DNA of 64,000 bases from Ylistrum balloti (Eukaryota): the NCBI RefSeq assembly GCF_031769215.1, contig NW_026782756.1, forward strand, positions 186,001 to 250,000, written 5' to 3'. Under the pieces are notes generated by a model that ran no database searches, was not told the DNA's origin, and saw nothing but the letters and a program-made list of their open reading frames with translations. The position numbers were made by a program, and so were the translations under genes. Positions 14,391 to 26,273 of the stretch are shown piece by piece; the first letter of the stretch is position 1, and each line of letters begins with the position of its first letter.

Positions 14391-15006
14391 GTATTATTGA
14401 TGGATTAATAAATGACAGAATGTAAGGGGATGCATTATCCCATGTAAGTAGATTTGATTATTACCTGGTTATAGATGTGTACAGTCCATGGGCCCCCTTG
14501 TCCTTATTCATTACTGGCCTGACACACACAGGGTATCCAGTTGGTGCCCTTGATCTACGGATTCTGTACTGTGTTACCAAAAGAAGGCTAGTGTTTTCAT
14601 TCAGATGATTTAATTTAGTATTTGCCACTGTAATGATAATGTCCCAGGCAATACAGCATATTATGTTGGTCTGTGTTAAGGAATTTGGAACACTCATTAG
14701 TACCAACTTTAGATGTATCTTTTTAAAGGTGCTCTTCACAGGACCAAGGTCATTATGTGTTAGAACGTAAAACAAAGTAAATGTCGCTAAAAGGAAAAGT
14801 GACTGCTCGTACATACTAACTTCGAAAAGTTTAAATAAAACCAGCAAATACAAAATTTCACATACATCAAATTTTATTAATTAATTTCAAACATACAAAT
14901 GCTGCAACTTTGTATAATATTTTTTCAAGTTGTCTTGTTTTATTACCCTTTTCAGGGTGCACATGTAGCCTTCATATTTACAAATTGAATTCTTTTAAAA
15001 CAATAT

Positions 15007-18000
15007 CTAGTCTTCCAATGTCTCAGTGTCTGTTGGTGAATTAATTTTCTTTCTTGCAGCCCGTTGTAATAATCTTTTTTCACGTTCATATTCTTTCATC
15101 CTAATCACAAATCTGAAAGAAAAGAAAGTTTAAACCAATAAAAGATCTTTAAAATTTCATGAATGAGAAATCTGAGTAAATATATAAGAATTATAATTGA
15201 CTTTTTATCAATACTTTAACCTTGACATTGAATCCTGAAATACAACAATTACTTTGTAATTTTTTTGTATACTTGATATTTGAAGGAGGTTTTATTAAGG
15301 TACTTAAATTTAGGAACAGCTGTTAGAGAATTGACCTTGAATAAGTTTCCTCTCACAGCAAGACCCCTTACACATCTCCAGTTGGACCAACAAATGTGAT
15401 TGATATGAGCTGATAGCTTGTTTAGCAGTTATCGTAAAATAATTAAAGATATAGTTATATTAAAGTTTTCATATGCAGATATGAACAAATGCTGACTGAG
15501 ACACTGGTTCCTGCAATATGAAACATTTTAAGGTTAAAATATATCACATCCTTGTGAGGAACATTTGAAATCAGGTTGATGAAGATACAATAAGAAATGG
15601 AGAGACTACAGGAATCAATACAGCATATGATATTCAGGTTATGTGAATATGGTGATACTGAATGCTTTTTTGTGTAAATACATCTTTGTATTTCATAAAT
15701 TGTCACAGGTCCATTCTATACAATTGCAATGTGGTATTCCCTCACAGTCTTTTGATAAAAATTTGAACAACAGGAACATTTTTTTAAACATTTTCTTCAG
15801 GTTGGTAATGTCAATAGAACAGAAGTTCTTATAACGCAACCAGAAGAAGATTAGAGTGTGACTTTTGATGACTGCACAGTCACCATCAGACAAATGACCA
15901 GTGTGGAGCGTACTAACACTGACGTATGTAGCGTATGAGATGGAAGCAACCAACTTTTTCAGCTGTACTGTAATCCTATGTACACTAAAGTAGAAAACAG
16001 TGTGTGGAAGGAGATTTAAAGAGATAAGTATTTTGTATATGGTCTTCATTTTCTTACAGCTTTAATATTCATCAATCTCAAATTCTTATAATTTTACGTA
16101 CTCATCAAACTGGCAATCATCCCAATGGTGCTTTTCATGAGAACATCTGTAACCGAATGGCATATGCTTCCGAAAACATTTTTGTAATTCAGCATAATGA
16201 TGGGCGCAGTAATCCCGAAATTCTTCTGGTATTTTATATGCTACCATTTCTTCATATGTAAGAGTAGGCTCTGAAATAAACAAAAACTCACAATTAGCAG
16301 AATATTACAGAGTCTTAACATAGAAGATGTGAGGTGGTCTGACTAAACTTAAATACATGTAATACATTTAATATTTCATACAAATAAAATAAAACCTGAC
16401 ATCAACTTGTACATACATTATGCACAAAAGGAATAGAGGGCTAAATACTGATGACTAGTAGTAGATTGATGCTGAAAGAAGTTACGTCATATTTCTTGTG
16501 TTGCTTTCTGATAAAGTGACAGTCAAATGACTTGTTGCTGAGAAAGTCAAGTGATATGGAGAAGAGGAAGTCATTTTGCTATGTCAAAATGCTGATATAA
16601 AAACAAATTTCAGTATTGGACCATGCTTACCAAATGAATTTCAATCACTGGGTCACATTATGTCGAGGAAAAATATACCTTATTGGTCACTGGATTGTGT
16701 AACATAGTAATTGGTTGGTGGCACTTTTTCTCCAATGACTTGACTGATAATCAGATGAATGCAAAGCAAGGTATATGTGCTTATGAAGTAATATAGGAGA
16801 GATTGACCAGAGTGTGACAACATATAGGTAAAGTTTGTATATAAGTTATAAATACTGAAAATATGTGATTTTAATCTTGCTCGTCTGGTAGACAAGTGAA
16901 CTGATGGTCATGGGGTCCAGATTTTTAATCCTCCATCATCAACATTTCCCTTTAAATAACCTCTCTTTAATAACCAAAAAACAAATTCATGAAATGTTCA
17001 ATGCTAAATTGGGAAATGTTAAAAATCATATAAAAGTCATTTTTGTTACAATGTTCTGAATGAACTTTATGTGTTTCTATTTCAAATCATTTCCTATTTG
17101 AGAAACCATTTAGCAGTAAATGTTACTTAAATGTAGGACTATGATATTACCATATGTGCCCAACCTGTAAAATGTTGTAGCAAAAAATATTCTTGTTTTA
17201 AGTTCAGCCTTTAACAAATTGGGCACACTCCCACATATGGGTAATATTCCAACATTTAAGTAACACTTACCAATTTGAGTAATAAAATTTGATACTCAAG
17301 TGTGAGGTAATTTGAAATAGAGACACTAAGAGCTTTCAAACATCTGCATCAAAAATTCATCACAGCCAAAAAATATATGCAACATCATACATTTTTACAC
17401 AAAAAACAAACAATTCCGTTGACTTATTTTTTGTAAAAACAACAAACTTGATCACCTCCATTGCTTATAATGTGTCTAAAAAAAAAGAACACAGGTAAAT
17501 ACACACTCACCTGAGATATTTGCACTGAATGGTCCCAATGACTATAAAGTGCAGTCAATGGAGAACAAAGTCAGTGATGTAGATTGTCATTTTAACACAA
17601 AGTTAGATAAGAGAAATGAATATTATACAATATTTTATTGGCTATTGAGTCATGTCAGGGCTCTCGATCTGCCAGATTTGGGGCAGATATTTGACCCAAT
17701 TCCCAATGCAAAATAGTATCTTTTTTCCCAATTCTAAGGAAAACACTGTTATTATTCCCAATTCTAGGGGCCCCGGACCCTTGGCCCCAGTCCCAAAATG
17801 GGGTGAGAGCCCTGCATGTTGAATTATGACACCCTGTTTTGATGCAAATGTTTGAAAGAACTACATGTCTATCTGTTTTAAATCACTATGCATTCAAGTA
17901 ACAATTTCATTACCCAAATCGGTAGCTGCAACTCAAAAGCAGGGCTCTTTCCCATTGCAAGAGTGTGCTCAACATGCTTAATCTTTTTTATATTAAATCA

Positions 18001-18858
18001 CAAGTCTTGAACTGTTCAACAATGAATAATTTGTGTTGTTATTATCTTTTGGAAGGCCAGTACAACATGTTTCATGCCAAATGTGAAATGCTTTATCTTT
18101 AATTCCAATTAGTTGAAAGATTTTAAGTTAACCTAAAGTCATTAAGTTCATACCTGTTTGAGGATAATAAATCATCTACATCTATATAAAGGTAAGAGTC
18201 CTGTCATGACATTTCTTTTCATTTAGTTTGAGACATCCAATATAACTGAACACTTACTTGCTTTTAATGCATTACGCTTGGTACTTTATGCAAAGAGCAT
18301 TATGCTAAATCCTTTCTTTGAAATGCTTCATTTGAAATGCTGAATGTGAAAAGCATAATCAGATTGATATTTTGTGCTGAATGCAATATGCTTTAAATGA
18401 ACTATTTTTAATGAAATAAACCCTCTTATTTTGATATACTGAATGTTCGACACCTGCTCTAGGCCTACGGGCAACTATGGACGCTTTCTGTATCCCTTCC
18501 AGTTCGATTATAAATCTTATTGATAAAAAACATACTGTTTGACATTTCACATTACGCATTTCATTTTCAGCATTTTGCAAATATCAATTCGCGTTGAGCA
18601 TTTTGCATGTCTTACATTCCACTTTATTACAAATACCAATGTGTTGGTGCTCAGAAAATTTTCATTGGGGTATTGAGGATCAATCAGAACAGTTGAAGGT
18701 GAAATGGTCAAATTGAAAAGACAAATGATCGTGATACCTCTCTCTTTACGACCATTGGGAAATCCATAATTGGCGTCAAAAGTAGGGGGCTCCAGACGAT
18801 TAGGATGCAAATGTGGTTCCTTCCATTCCCGGTAACCTGATGACATTACCATCCCCAT
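15007..18858 (-). CDS. NDUFB7: NADH:ubiquinone oxidoreductase subunit B7 (3 exons, 131 aa)
   Basis: Exons 18858-18738, 16270-16102, 15112-15007 (396 nt, phases 1 and 2 consistent). Protein MGMVMSS...PPTFDANYGFPNGRKER-EPTLTYEEM...RDYCAHHYAELQKC...CSHEKHHWDDCQFDEFVIRMKEYEREKRLLQR: twin CX9C motif and an MGxxxS myristoylation-type N-terminus. Confidence 0.95.
15346..15450 (+). mobile_element. Truncated, diverged copy of the same SINE (3' half)
   Basis: TTTCCTCTCACAGCAAGACCCCTTACACATCTCCAGTTGGACCAACAAATGTGATT... aligns by eye to the reverse complement of 1791-1900. Confidence 0.6.
17116..17270. repeat. Imperfect inverted repeat (foldback or MITE-like)
   Basis: GTAAATGTTACTTAAATGT...ATATTACCATATGTG..CCCAA pairs with TTGGG...CACATATGGGTAATATT...ACATTTAAGTAACACTTAC. 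Confidence 0.6.
17656..17814. mobile_element. MITE with 10-bp terminal inverted repeats
   Basis: CAGGGCTCTC (17656-17665) and GAGAGCCCTG (17805-17814), flanked on both sides by CATGT (5-bp direct repeat). Confidence 0.7.
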
Positions 18859-19152
18859 TTTGCCACTGAGACAGGCTTTCAATGGCGACAATCGCTTAAG
18901 TTCATAAAAATAAAAGAAATACATATATTTTGTTTATAAATTATGAAGACATGTTTTTATCGTAATTCATTATATTCAACTAAAATTACATGAATTTGAA
19001 ATATACAACAAAACTTATGTTCTTTTCTATAGTTTTGATAGTTATATCATACTTACTATTGAAAACGGTGTGCTCCCTCACGCAAGCGCCTTTCAGACTT
19101 CCGATATCCTTTCATTTCCGGTGTGCATGGCAGCCTTTCGAAATAACGCAAA
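18859..19152. promoter_or_regulatory. Shared bidirectional promoter and 5'UTRs of NDUFB7 and EIF3I
   Basis: Only 294 bp separate the two divergent ATGs; locally CpG-richer; ETS-like TTTCCGG and pyrimidine-rich tracts upstream of the EIF3I ATG. TSS positions cannot be determined. Confidence 0.7.
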
Positions 19153-22100
19153 ATGGTAATATGTTGTGTAGTTTTGTGCGGGTGGATGGTTTTAATTATC
19201 ATCGTATTGAATAGAAAGAAGCAGTTCATAATATTTTCTGTTGTAATGATAATAATATGTTGACCAGTTCCATCAAACTTGTTTTACAGATAATAGATAG
19301 CATTACCCCAGTAAAAGTATGGTCTCTGTAACTATCATTTGTCCATTTGTTTCGGACCCTCTAGGAATCACATCTCGGTAGCTAAGCTAAGTTGACGAAT
19401 TACAACAAAGCAATTATATACACGTATTGAAATGTTTCCAGAATACATTTTCAATAAGGTGTCTTTGTAGAATCAGTATTTTCAATAAATATAACGAAAC
19501 CTTGGTCACCTGAAATTGTAGTCTCGTTCACCCATTTTTGTATCATTTCTCTGTTGACGTAGTATGTGCAATCGACAAGAGTCTGATAAAACGAAATTAT
19601 TTAAATTGTGAGTTACACATGCTATTTGTATTTTGAAATATTAAATGAGATACACTACCTTCATGTACTCTGTTGTACATCACACAGGAATTGTTTTCTT
19701 GGTGTACTCTGCTCGTGTGACAACACTTCTGTTTTCTGTTGTCATAACTAAAATGTTCAAGTCACCCTTTTAGCCTAAAATGCAGGCTTTACATTGTCTC
19801 TCTGATTTGACAGAATGGTTATTATCACTTTCTTGATTGGAATTTATAAATTGAAAGAAGGGAAAAGGTCCCAATTTCACAAAAGGATATAAAACGTGGT
19901 GGGCACCAAAATCACCATGGGATCTATACCTGTAGATTTCAGACAGACAAAATTTACTACCACAAATCTGTACTTTGGCATGGTTTATTAATTGATTATT
20001 TTTTTTTAAATTAGATTTAATTTGTTTTTCTTCTTACAGAAGCCAATTTTACTACATGGTCATGAGCGATCAATCACAGAAATCAAATACAACAGGGAGG
20101 GTGACCTTATCTTTTCTTGTGCTAAGGATCACCAACCTAATGTGTGGTATTCTCTCAATGGAGAGAGACTTGGGTCCTTTAAAGGACATACAGGAGCTGT
20201 GTGGAACATGGATGTCAATTGTATCCTTTTAATGTTAAAAATTATATGTAAATGTTGTTAAGTAACTGTTGAAACAAGCCAAGGTCAAAATAAACAAAAG
20301 TTGATATTGTTCAAATGTTTTAAGTAAATTATAGAATTTTAAACAAAAAACACTGTATATGTCAGTAGTTGTTTTTGAGGGTCAAAAAAATGGTTACTAG
20401 TAAAGGCAGTTGAAATACTCTTTAACTCATAGGTGTCTACAGCCTATGTTAATCTTTGAACAATATGCCCATCAGCATTTATTGTAACTCTGATAGAAAT
20501 TCTTTCTCATTATCCTGTATCAAGCTCATCTCTACTTTGAGTCTGTGACAGTGTGTTGATCCTGAGAACTTATTGTACATTGAAGGATGAATACTCGGTG
20601 CTGTGTGTCCATTTATCACCCTTACCTACATGTACCTGTTAACTGCAGTCAGGATTTTTGTACATTATATAACATTTGTTCTATTATGAATAAAACAGTA
20701 CTTTCAGAATTTTACCTTGACTACAGCGTTCAGGGGACACAACCTATGTGTTGACAGCTTCTGCAGACAACTCTTGTAAACTGTGGGATTGTCAAACAGG
20801 TCAGTTAATAATGATACTTAGTATTCAGTCATGTTAATTAGATCACACAATCTGTAAATGAATTTAATCATCACATAACAGTAACATGGCATGAATTTGA
20901 TGCATTTTAGATAGCTGCCATAAAGTGTCTGTATTTCATTTTGAGAAGCATGAAGAGACAAACTTCCCAACAGGATTGTTTATTTTGTTTTATTTATTGT
21001 TTGTTTTTTTTTTTTGTCGCTAGAGATTTGTTTACAGAATCTCTTTCAATTACAAGCTTTTGCAGTATAAAGATATATAACTTTGCAAAAATACCTAAGT
21101 GAGTAATTAAGTCCGCTTAATTTGGTATCTTACAGGGAAAATGCTGTCAACAATGGAGTCTAAGACAGCTGTACGTACATGTGGGTTCTCATACAGCGGA
21201 AATCTTATAATGTACACAACTGACAAAACCATGGGACATCCTTGTGAAATCCACATCTACGACATCAATGATATGAGTACGAACTTTAAAAGTTAAACTA
21301 ATGACAATAATGACTGAACTGTAAATCTGATTGGAGGAGTGTAATAAATCACACCTTTCATCTATCAAGTAATAAAATATCTCATGAATCAGTAATATGA
21401 GTATGATCTGTATATTACCTGCATCTGTGACATAGAAATACCCAGTTTGCCAGTTCAGTTCATTTTGACTTAATTATAGATACCAGTATGTTGATTGATC
21501 ATTTGTGTTCACTTAAGCATAACCTTAATACAAATTATTTCACTTGAAACTTTATTTGATAATTTTGGTGCAAACTTTTATGTACTTCAGGAGAGCCGGC
21601 TATGATCATTCCTATAGCTGGGCCAAAGATAACATCTGCTCTCTGGGGTCCATATGAAGAATACATTATCACAGGACATGAAAATGGAGAGTTATGTCAC
21701 ATTGATCTTAAAGTAAGTGTTAAAAGTCATTTTCATTATAAAACTTATGAATAATCACCATGCTTAATCACCATGACATCAACTTGTGTTTACCTGAATG
21801 GCAGTTTGATTCAGTAGATTTTAAAGGTGTAATTGCTCCCCCTTTTTTTTAGACCACCTGAGACAAAGTCTCATGGGGATTTAGTGTGATCACCTGAGAC
21901 AAAGTCATGATTATGTATTATTTTATCAAGAGAATATATAGCACCATTTTCCTTGTGACATTTTGAGACAATATTACCATATCATTTTGTACATTGTTCT
22001 GCCCTTTGGTACTTTCTTTCATCTGATGGTCTTTGTCTGAAAATTTGGGGGAACATTGACAAATAAAAGATTACAGGGTTATCTGACATGATGTTTTTTA

Positions 22101-24725
22101 TATGATAATATTATTCATAATGTATTGATGGTATTTCTCTAACAGTACCTGTGCTAAATTTATTTGTAGACTGGTGAAAAGATCCATGCTGTCCATGACC
22201 ATTCTAAACAGATCAATGACATCCGATACTCTAATGATATGTCCATGATTATCACAGCATCGAAAGACACTACAGCCAAGGTAATTAACTTTATCAATGT
22301 TTTAAGTCAACACACCCAAGGTTATTCGCTGTCTCAATAATTATAGTCTATGCAACAAAGAGAACCAACTCTGTCAAGGTTTGATTGTCAACACAACAGA
22401 GGTAACCCCCCCCCCTCTGCCAATATGAAATTAGATGTCTAAATACTACACATTTGGAAATCTGGAACTGAATCATTAATTTGATAGATTTTTTTGATGT
22501 GAAACTTTGGGTGAATACACAAGTCTGTAAGCTGATCAATTAAACTTTCTTCTAGTATCTGAATTTCATCGCTTTGTTTGACTTATTTGTTATCAAATTT
22601 AAAATATACACAAATATTTCACACTGTCCAGCTAACAAGAAACACCTTTTAAGGCTTAATCATGGTTAAGATAATGTTTTGAATCAGTTCAGCTTGATCT
22701 ACATAGAATTTACATAAATTAAATATTAGAAGATTGTTTATATGGTGATTGTGGCATACTATTTCTATAAGAGCACAAGTATACTATTTTGTGATGTTTG
22801 TAACCCATCATCATTCAATTTTCGGTCTGATCAGAGAAATAAAATGGCCAACAAGGGGCCATTCAAGATTTGGATATTAAATGTTTGTCATTGCTATTTG
22901 TTGAGAAGTACTGCATAGATCCTCCTCAGAATTTATATGTAGGTTTTCCTTAGTCCCTTGTAATGAACTTTTGTCTTGGGATTGTCAGAAAATCAAAATA
23001 CTGACCGGCTTTTATTTGACAGTTGAGAGCAATTCCAAAATTTTGTATAATTAAGAGCAAATTAGGGGAACACAGAGACACTTTTAAAGAGTTAAAGAAG
23101 ACCACGCACGCAGTGGTGGGGGCCAAGATCCCTCTGGGATATCTTGTTATAAAAAACCATATAATGCAGAATAAATCTTTAATGATCTTCACAGCCAGAG
23201 TAACTAATTCTGTCAATGTTTATGGTCTGTACAACCAATATTGTAAAATTAGCTTTTTGTGCATTATCATCAAAAATTTATTCGAGAGTTTTTAAGCTCA
23301 GAATAATGTGAACTGAAAACAAAACAAAAACAAAAATAACTGAAACCAAAATATTCCAAAGAAATGGAAATATGAAAAATTAATAGTTTCTATTTGATCA
23401 GAGTGAATCAAGTACTGATTTCAAATATTAATCTTTCTGTAATATTTCCTCTCCACAGCTGTTTGATACATTATCCTTACGACATATGAAGACCTACAAG
23501 ACAGAAAGACCTGTCAACTCCGCAGCCATTTCTCCTATCAGGGATCACGTAAGTTTATTATAAAGTTCACAAAACAGTAGTAAATTCTTAATTCTTCTGA
23601 ACACATTATAGAGATCCAAAAGTATACTCATTAAATCATTAGCCATTTCAAAATTAAATGAAAATGTTAAATGTATTAACAAAAACTTGTCATGTTTCTG
23701 CTTGTATCCTGATGTCACATTTCTGTCTGTATTCTGATGACATCTTTCTGTCAGTATCATGATGTCATCTTTCTGTCTGTATCCTCATGTTTCCTGATGC
23801 AATATTTTTGTCTTTACTTATTGATGTAGCTTTCTGTATTCTGATAAAACCTTTCTTTCTGTATAACAATGCCAGGTGGTACTTGGAGGTGGACAGGAAG
23901 CTATGGAAGTCACTACAACTTCATCAAGGGTAGGCAAATTTGATGCTCGCTTCTATCACCTTGTCTTTGAAGAGGAATTTGGCAGAGTTAAAGGTCACTT
24001 CGGTCCAATCAACAGTTTATCATTTCATCCAGATGGAAAAAGGTAGGTGTTTTTGACAAACGCAAGTACCATCAATGTAATCAATACTATTTTTCTAGAA
24101 GGGATTTTTGAGGACGTGCAATGATTATTTGTCCTTATAATGGTCAAATAGATATAAGAATATCATGGATTATTATATTCCACTGTGTGTGTTATTGCTT
24201 TTGTGTTATCTTCCTAAATTATATGTATCAACATGTGCACTGGTCTGCTGGGGCTACGCCATACAAAGACTGGTAGTTAATAAACATGTTTGAATTATGA
24301 TGATATATTGAAAAGATTTATTATTTATAGTTGAAAAGATCTTATGAATGTCGTCAAATTTATTTAGACTGAGACTTCTTTTGAGTCCATTACAAGCCTT
24401 TGCAAATCAAGAACATCAGAATTACATCATGGTATAACAGAAAGCGAGTTTGATTAGAAACATTTCCTGTGATCCGAGTGCAGCAGACATTACTGGAGTA
24501 GTAGCCATTTTAAATACCAACTGCAGATGGATATCTACCAGTCTTTGTAAAGCGAGGCACAGTCCTTGTGAAAATAAGCTTGGAATGTGTGTTACCCTGT
24601 TGATTTTTTACCTCCCCTGATTCTAATACTGTATCTCTTACAGCTATAGCAGCGGAGGAGAAGACGGATATGTACGAGTTCATCATTTTGATCCAAGCTA
24701 CTTTGAGTTCAGGTTTGATTATTAA
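19153..24725 (+). CDS. EIF3I: Eukaryotic translation initiation factor 3 subunit I (WD40; 9 coding exons, 320 aa)
   Basis: Exons 19153-19155 (ATG only, inferred), 20040-20220, 20734-20799, 21136-21276, 21591-21712, 22170-22280, 23459-23548, 23876-24042, 24644-24725; 963 nt in frame. [23 protein letters not shown]...[12 protein letters not shown]...[16 protein letters not shown]...[13 protein letters not shown] matches eIF3i. Confidence 0.96.
20221..20733 (+). other. U12-type (minor spliceosome) GT-AG intron, EIF3I intron 2
   Basis: Donor GTATCCTTTT at 20221; branch site TACCTTGAC at 20713-20721 with branch A 13 nt from the AG at 20732-20733; no polypyrimidine tract; joins T+GG (Trp) in frame. 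Confidence 0.9.
21843..21910 (+). mobile_element. Possible 5' fragment of a non-autonomous Helitron/Helentron (HINE)-like element
   Basis: T-run + AGACCACCTGAGAC with hairpin TGAGAC-AAA-GTCTCA, resembling the TTTTTAGCTCACCTG ends of bivalve elements as I recall them. Confidence 0.35.
23690..23850. repeat. Degenerate tandem repeat of about 25 bp just upstream of the EIF3I exon 8 acceptor
   Basis: Repeated TTTCTGTCTGTATYCTGATG-like units. Confidence 0.55.
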
Positions 24726-26273
24726 CACTAGTGGAACGTTAAAACTTGGAAATTGACTGTTTATTTATATTCAAAAAGTGCTCTGGACACTGAAAAGGTC
24801 TGCCATGCCTAAATCTCAACACAACGGAAAATTAATTTGGAAGATGGATAATGTTCCTATCAGCAAGATCCATTTCGAACACAGTGGTGATTATTGGATC
24901 ATGAATAAATTTTTCATCTGGATACAATATCTTGTCTTTATTTTCATTCATGTACTTAAGATTTTATTTCTGTCTAGCCATCTCTTCCTTTACCCAATAT
25001 CACATAATGGTTCGATGTTTGGTGATATTAGCCAACTTTCCTTATTCTTTAGCAAAACCTCTCCATAACTAGATATATTCAGTTTCAGTATCATAAGTCT
25101 GTATCCGAAACAACAGGAAACAACATGAATACACTGGTTGATATAAAACCATTTATTAACAAAACATGGCAACAGAACATCTACATAAGTGTTGGGTCTG
25201 TTTTATTTGTAAAAAAAAAAAATCATACAACTGTGTACCATTGATATCTTGCAATAAGCACACAAGTCAACACATTATCTTCATCTCAAAGTCAGGAATT
25301 GCGCTTATAAAGGGCTATTTAAGCAATGATATAGTGTTGCTAATAGTTTTGTTGAAACCACAATAAATGTGGGTGGGGTTATTACTAAGCATGTGCTTGT
25401 CACTGGATTTGTTCTGTAATGTCAGAAAAACGTCCAGCAAGTTACCACATTTGATAAAATTTAACAATCTTCAAGAATATACTGTTTTTGACAAGGCATT
25501 ACTCTTACACCTCTCATACCCCAACCTATTGAAATCACATTTAATCTGACTTGTAGCTTGTTGGATGCAGGAGAAATGTGACGGGTCCATAGAGGCATCA
25601 AATCTTGTTTATTTCTCAGAATTCACAAGCCAAAAGTATTAAAAAAAAACTTTCTTGTAGAATAATTAATCGGAAACTATCAACAAATTATGAAATATTG
25701 TGTAAACTTCCTGTATGCATTTTCATAATGTATTGAAGTTTTATGATATTGCTAACTACAAAATACAAAAAATATTTGGAATAGTTTATGACATGTAATT
25801 TTAACAATTTAGGCTATATAAATATAGCATTCACAGACACATAAATCACCCCTGACAATGGACATGTATTATCCAATTCAACTTGAATGACCGACACACA
25901 AATCTGCTGCTTTTCAAATACATGTTAGGAATTGTTAAAATCAGAGAATGTTTTATTGGTGGTTAGTCTGAACTATGTTAATTTTCTAGAAAGCGAAAAC
26001 AATCTTCTAGAAAATCCCATTCAGACTTATTGTTCCTTGCAGAAACTAAATGTAAAAATGGATGAGCCCACCTAAGCACAAGCATCTCAAATGTAGGTGG
26101 TAACCTAATTTTCATTAATTGAAATATGATTTTGAAATGTCAACCAAGCACGATTTGTGATCCATCGTTCATCACAAAATGACTGAATAAAGTCTGTATT
26201 GCAACATTTATTACAGAATATCTACATTTGTTGTGAGCATATCTTAAATCCTGTCTTTCGTTGGGAGATGGTA

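Noticed and set aside
14461-14853. 130-aa minus-strand ORF
   Set aside because: No recognisable motif; lies just past the NDUFB7 poly(A) signals (14944-14939, 14878-14873); composition looks non-coding.
24295-24372. C/D-box snoRNA candidate in EIF3I intron 8 (ATGATGA...CTGA)
   Set aside because: No convincing terminal stem or rRNA-complementary guide; these boxes are expected by chance in AT-rich DNA.
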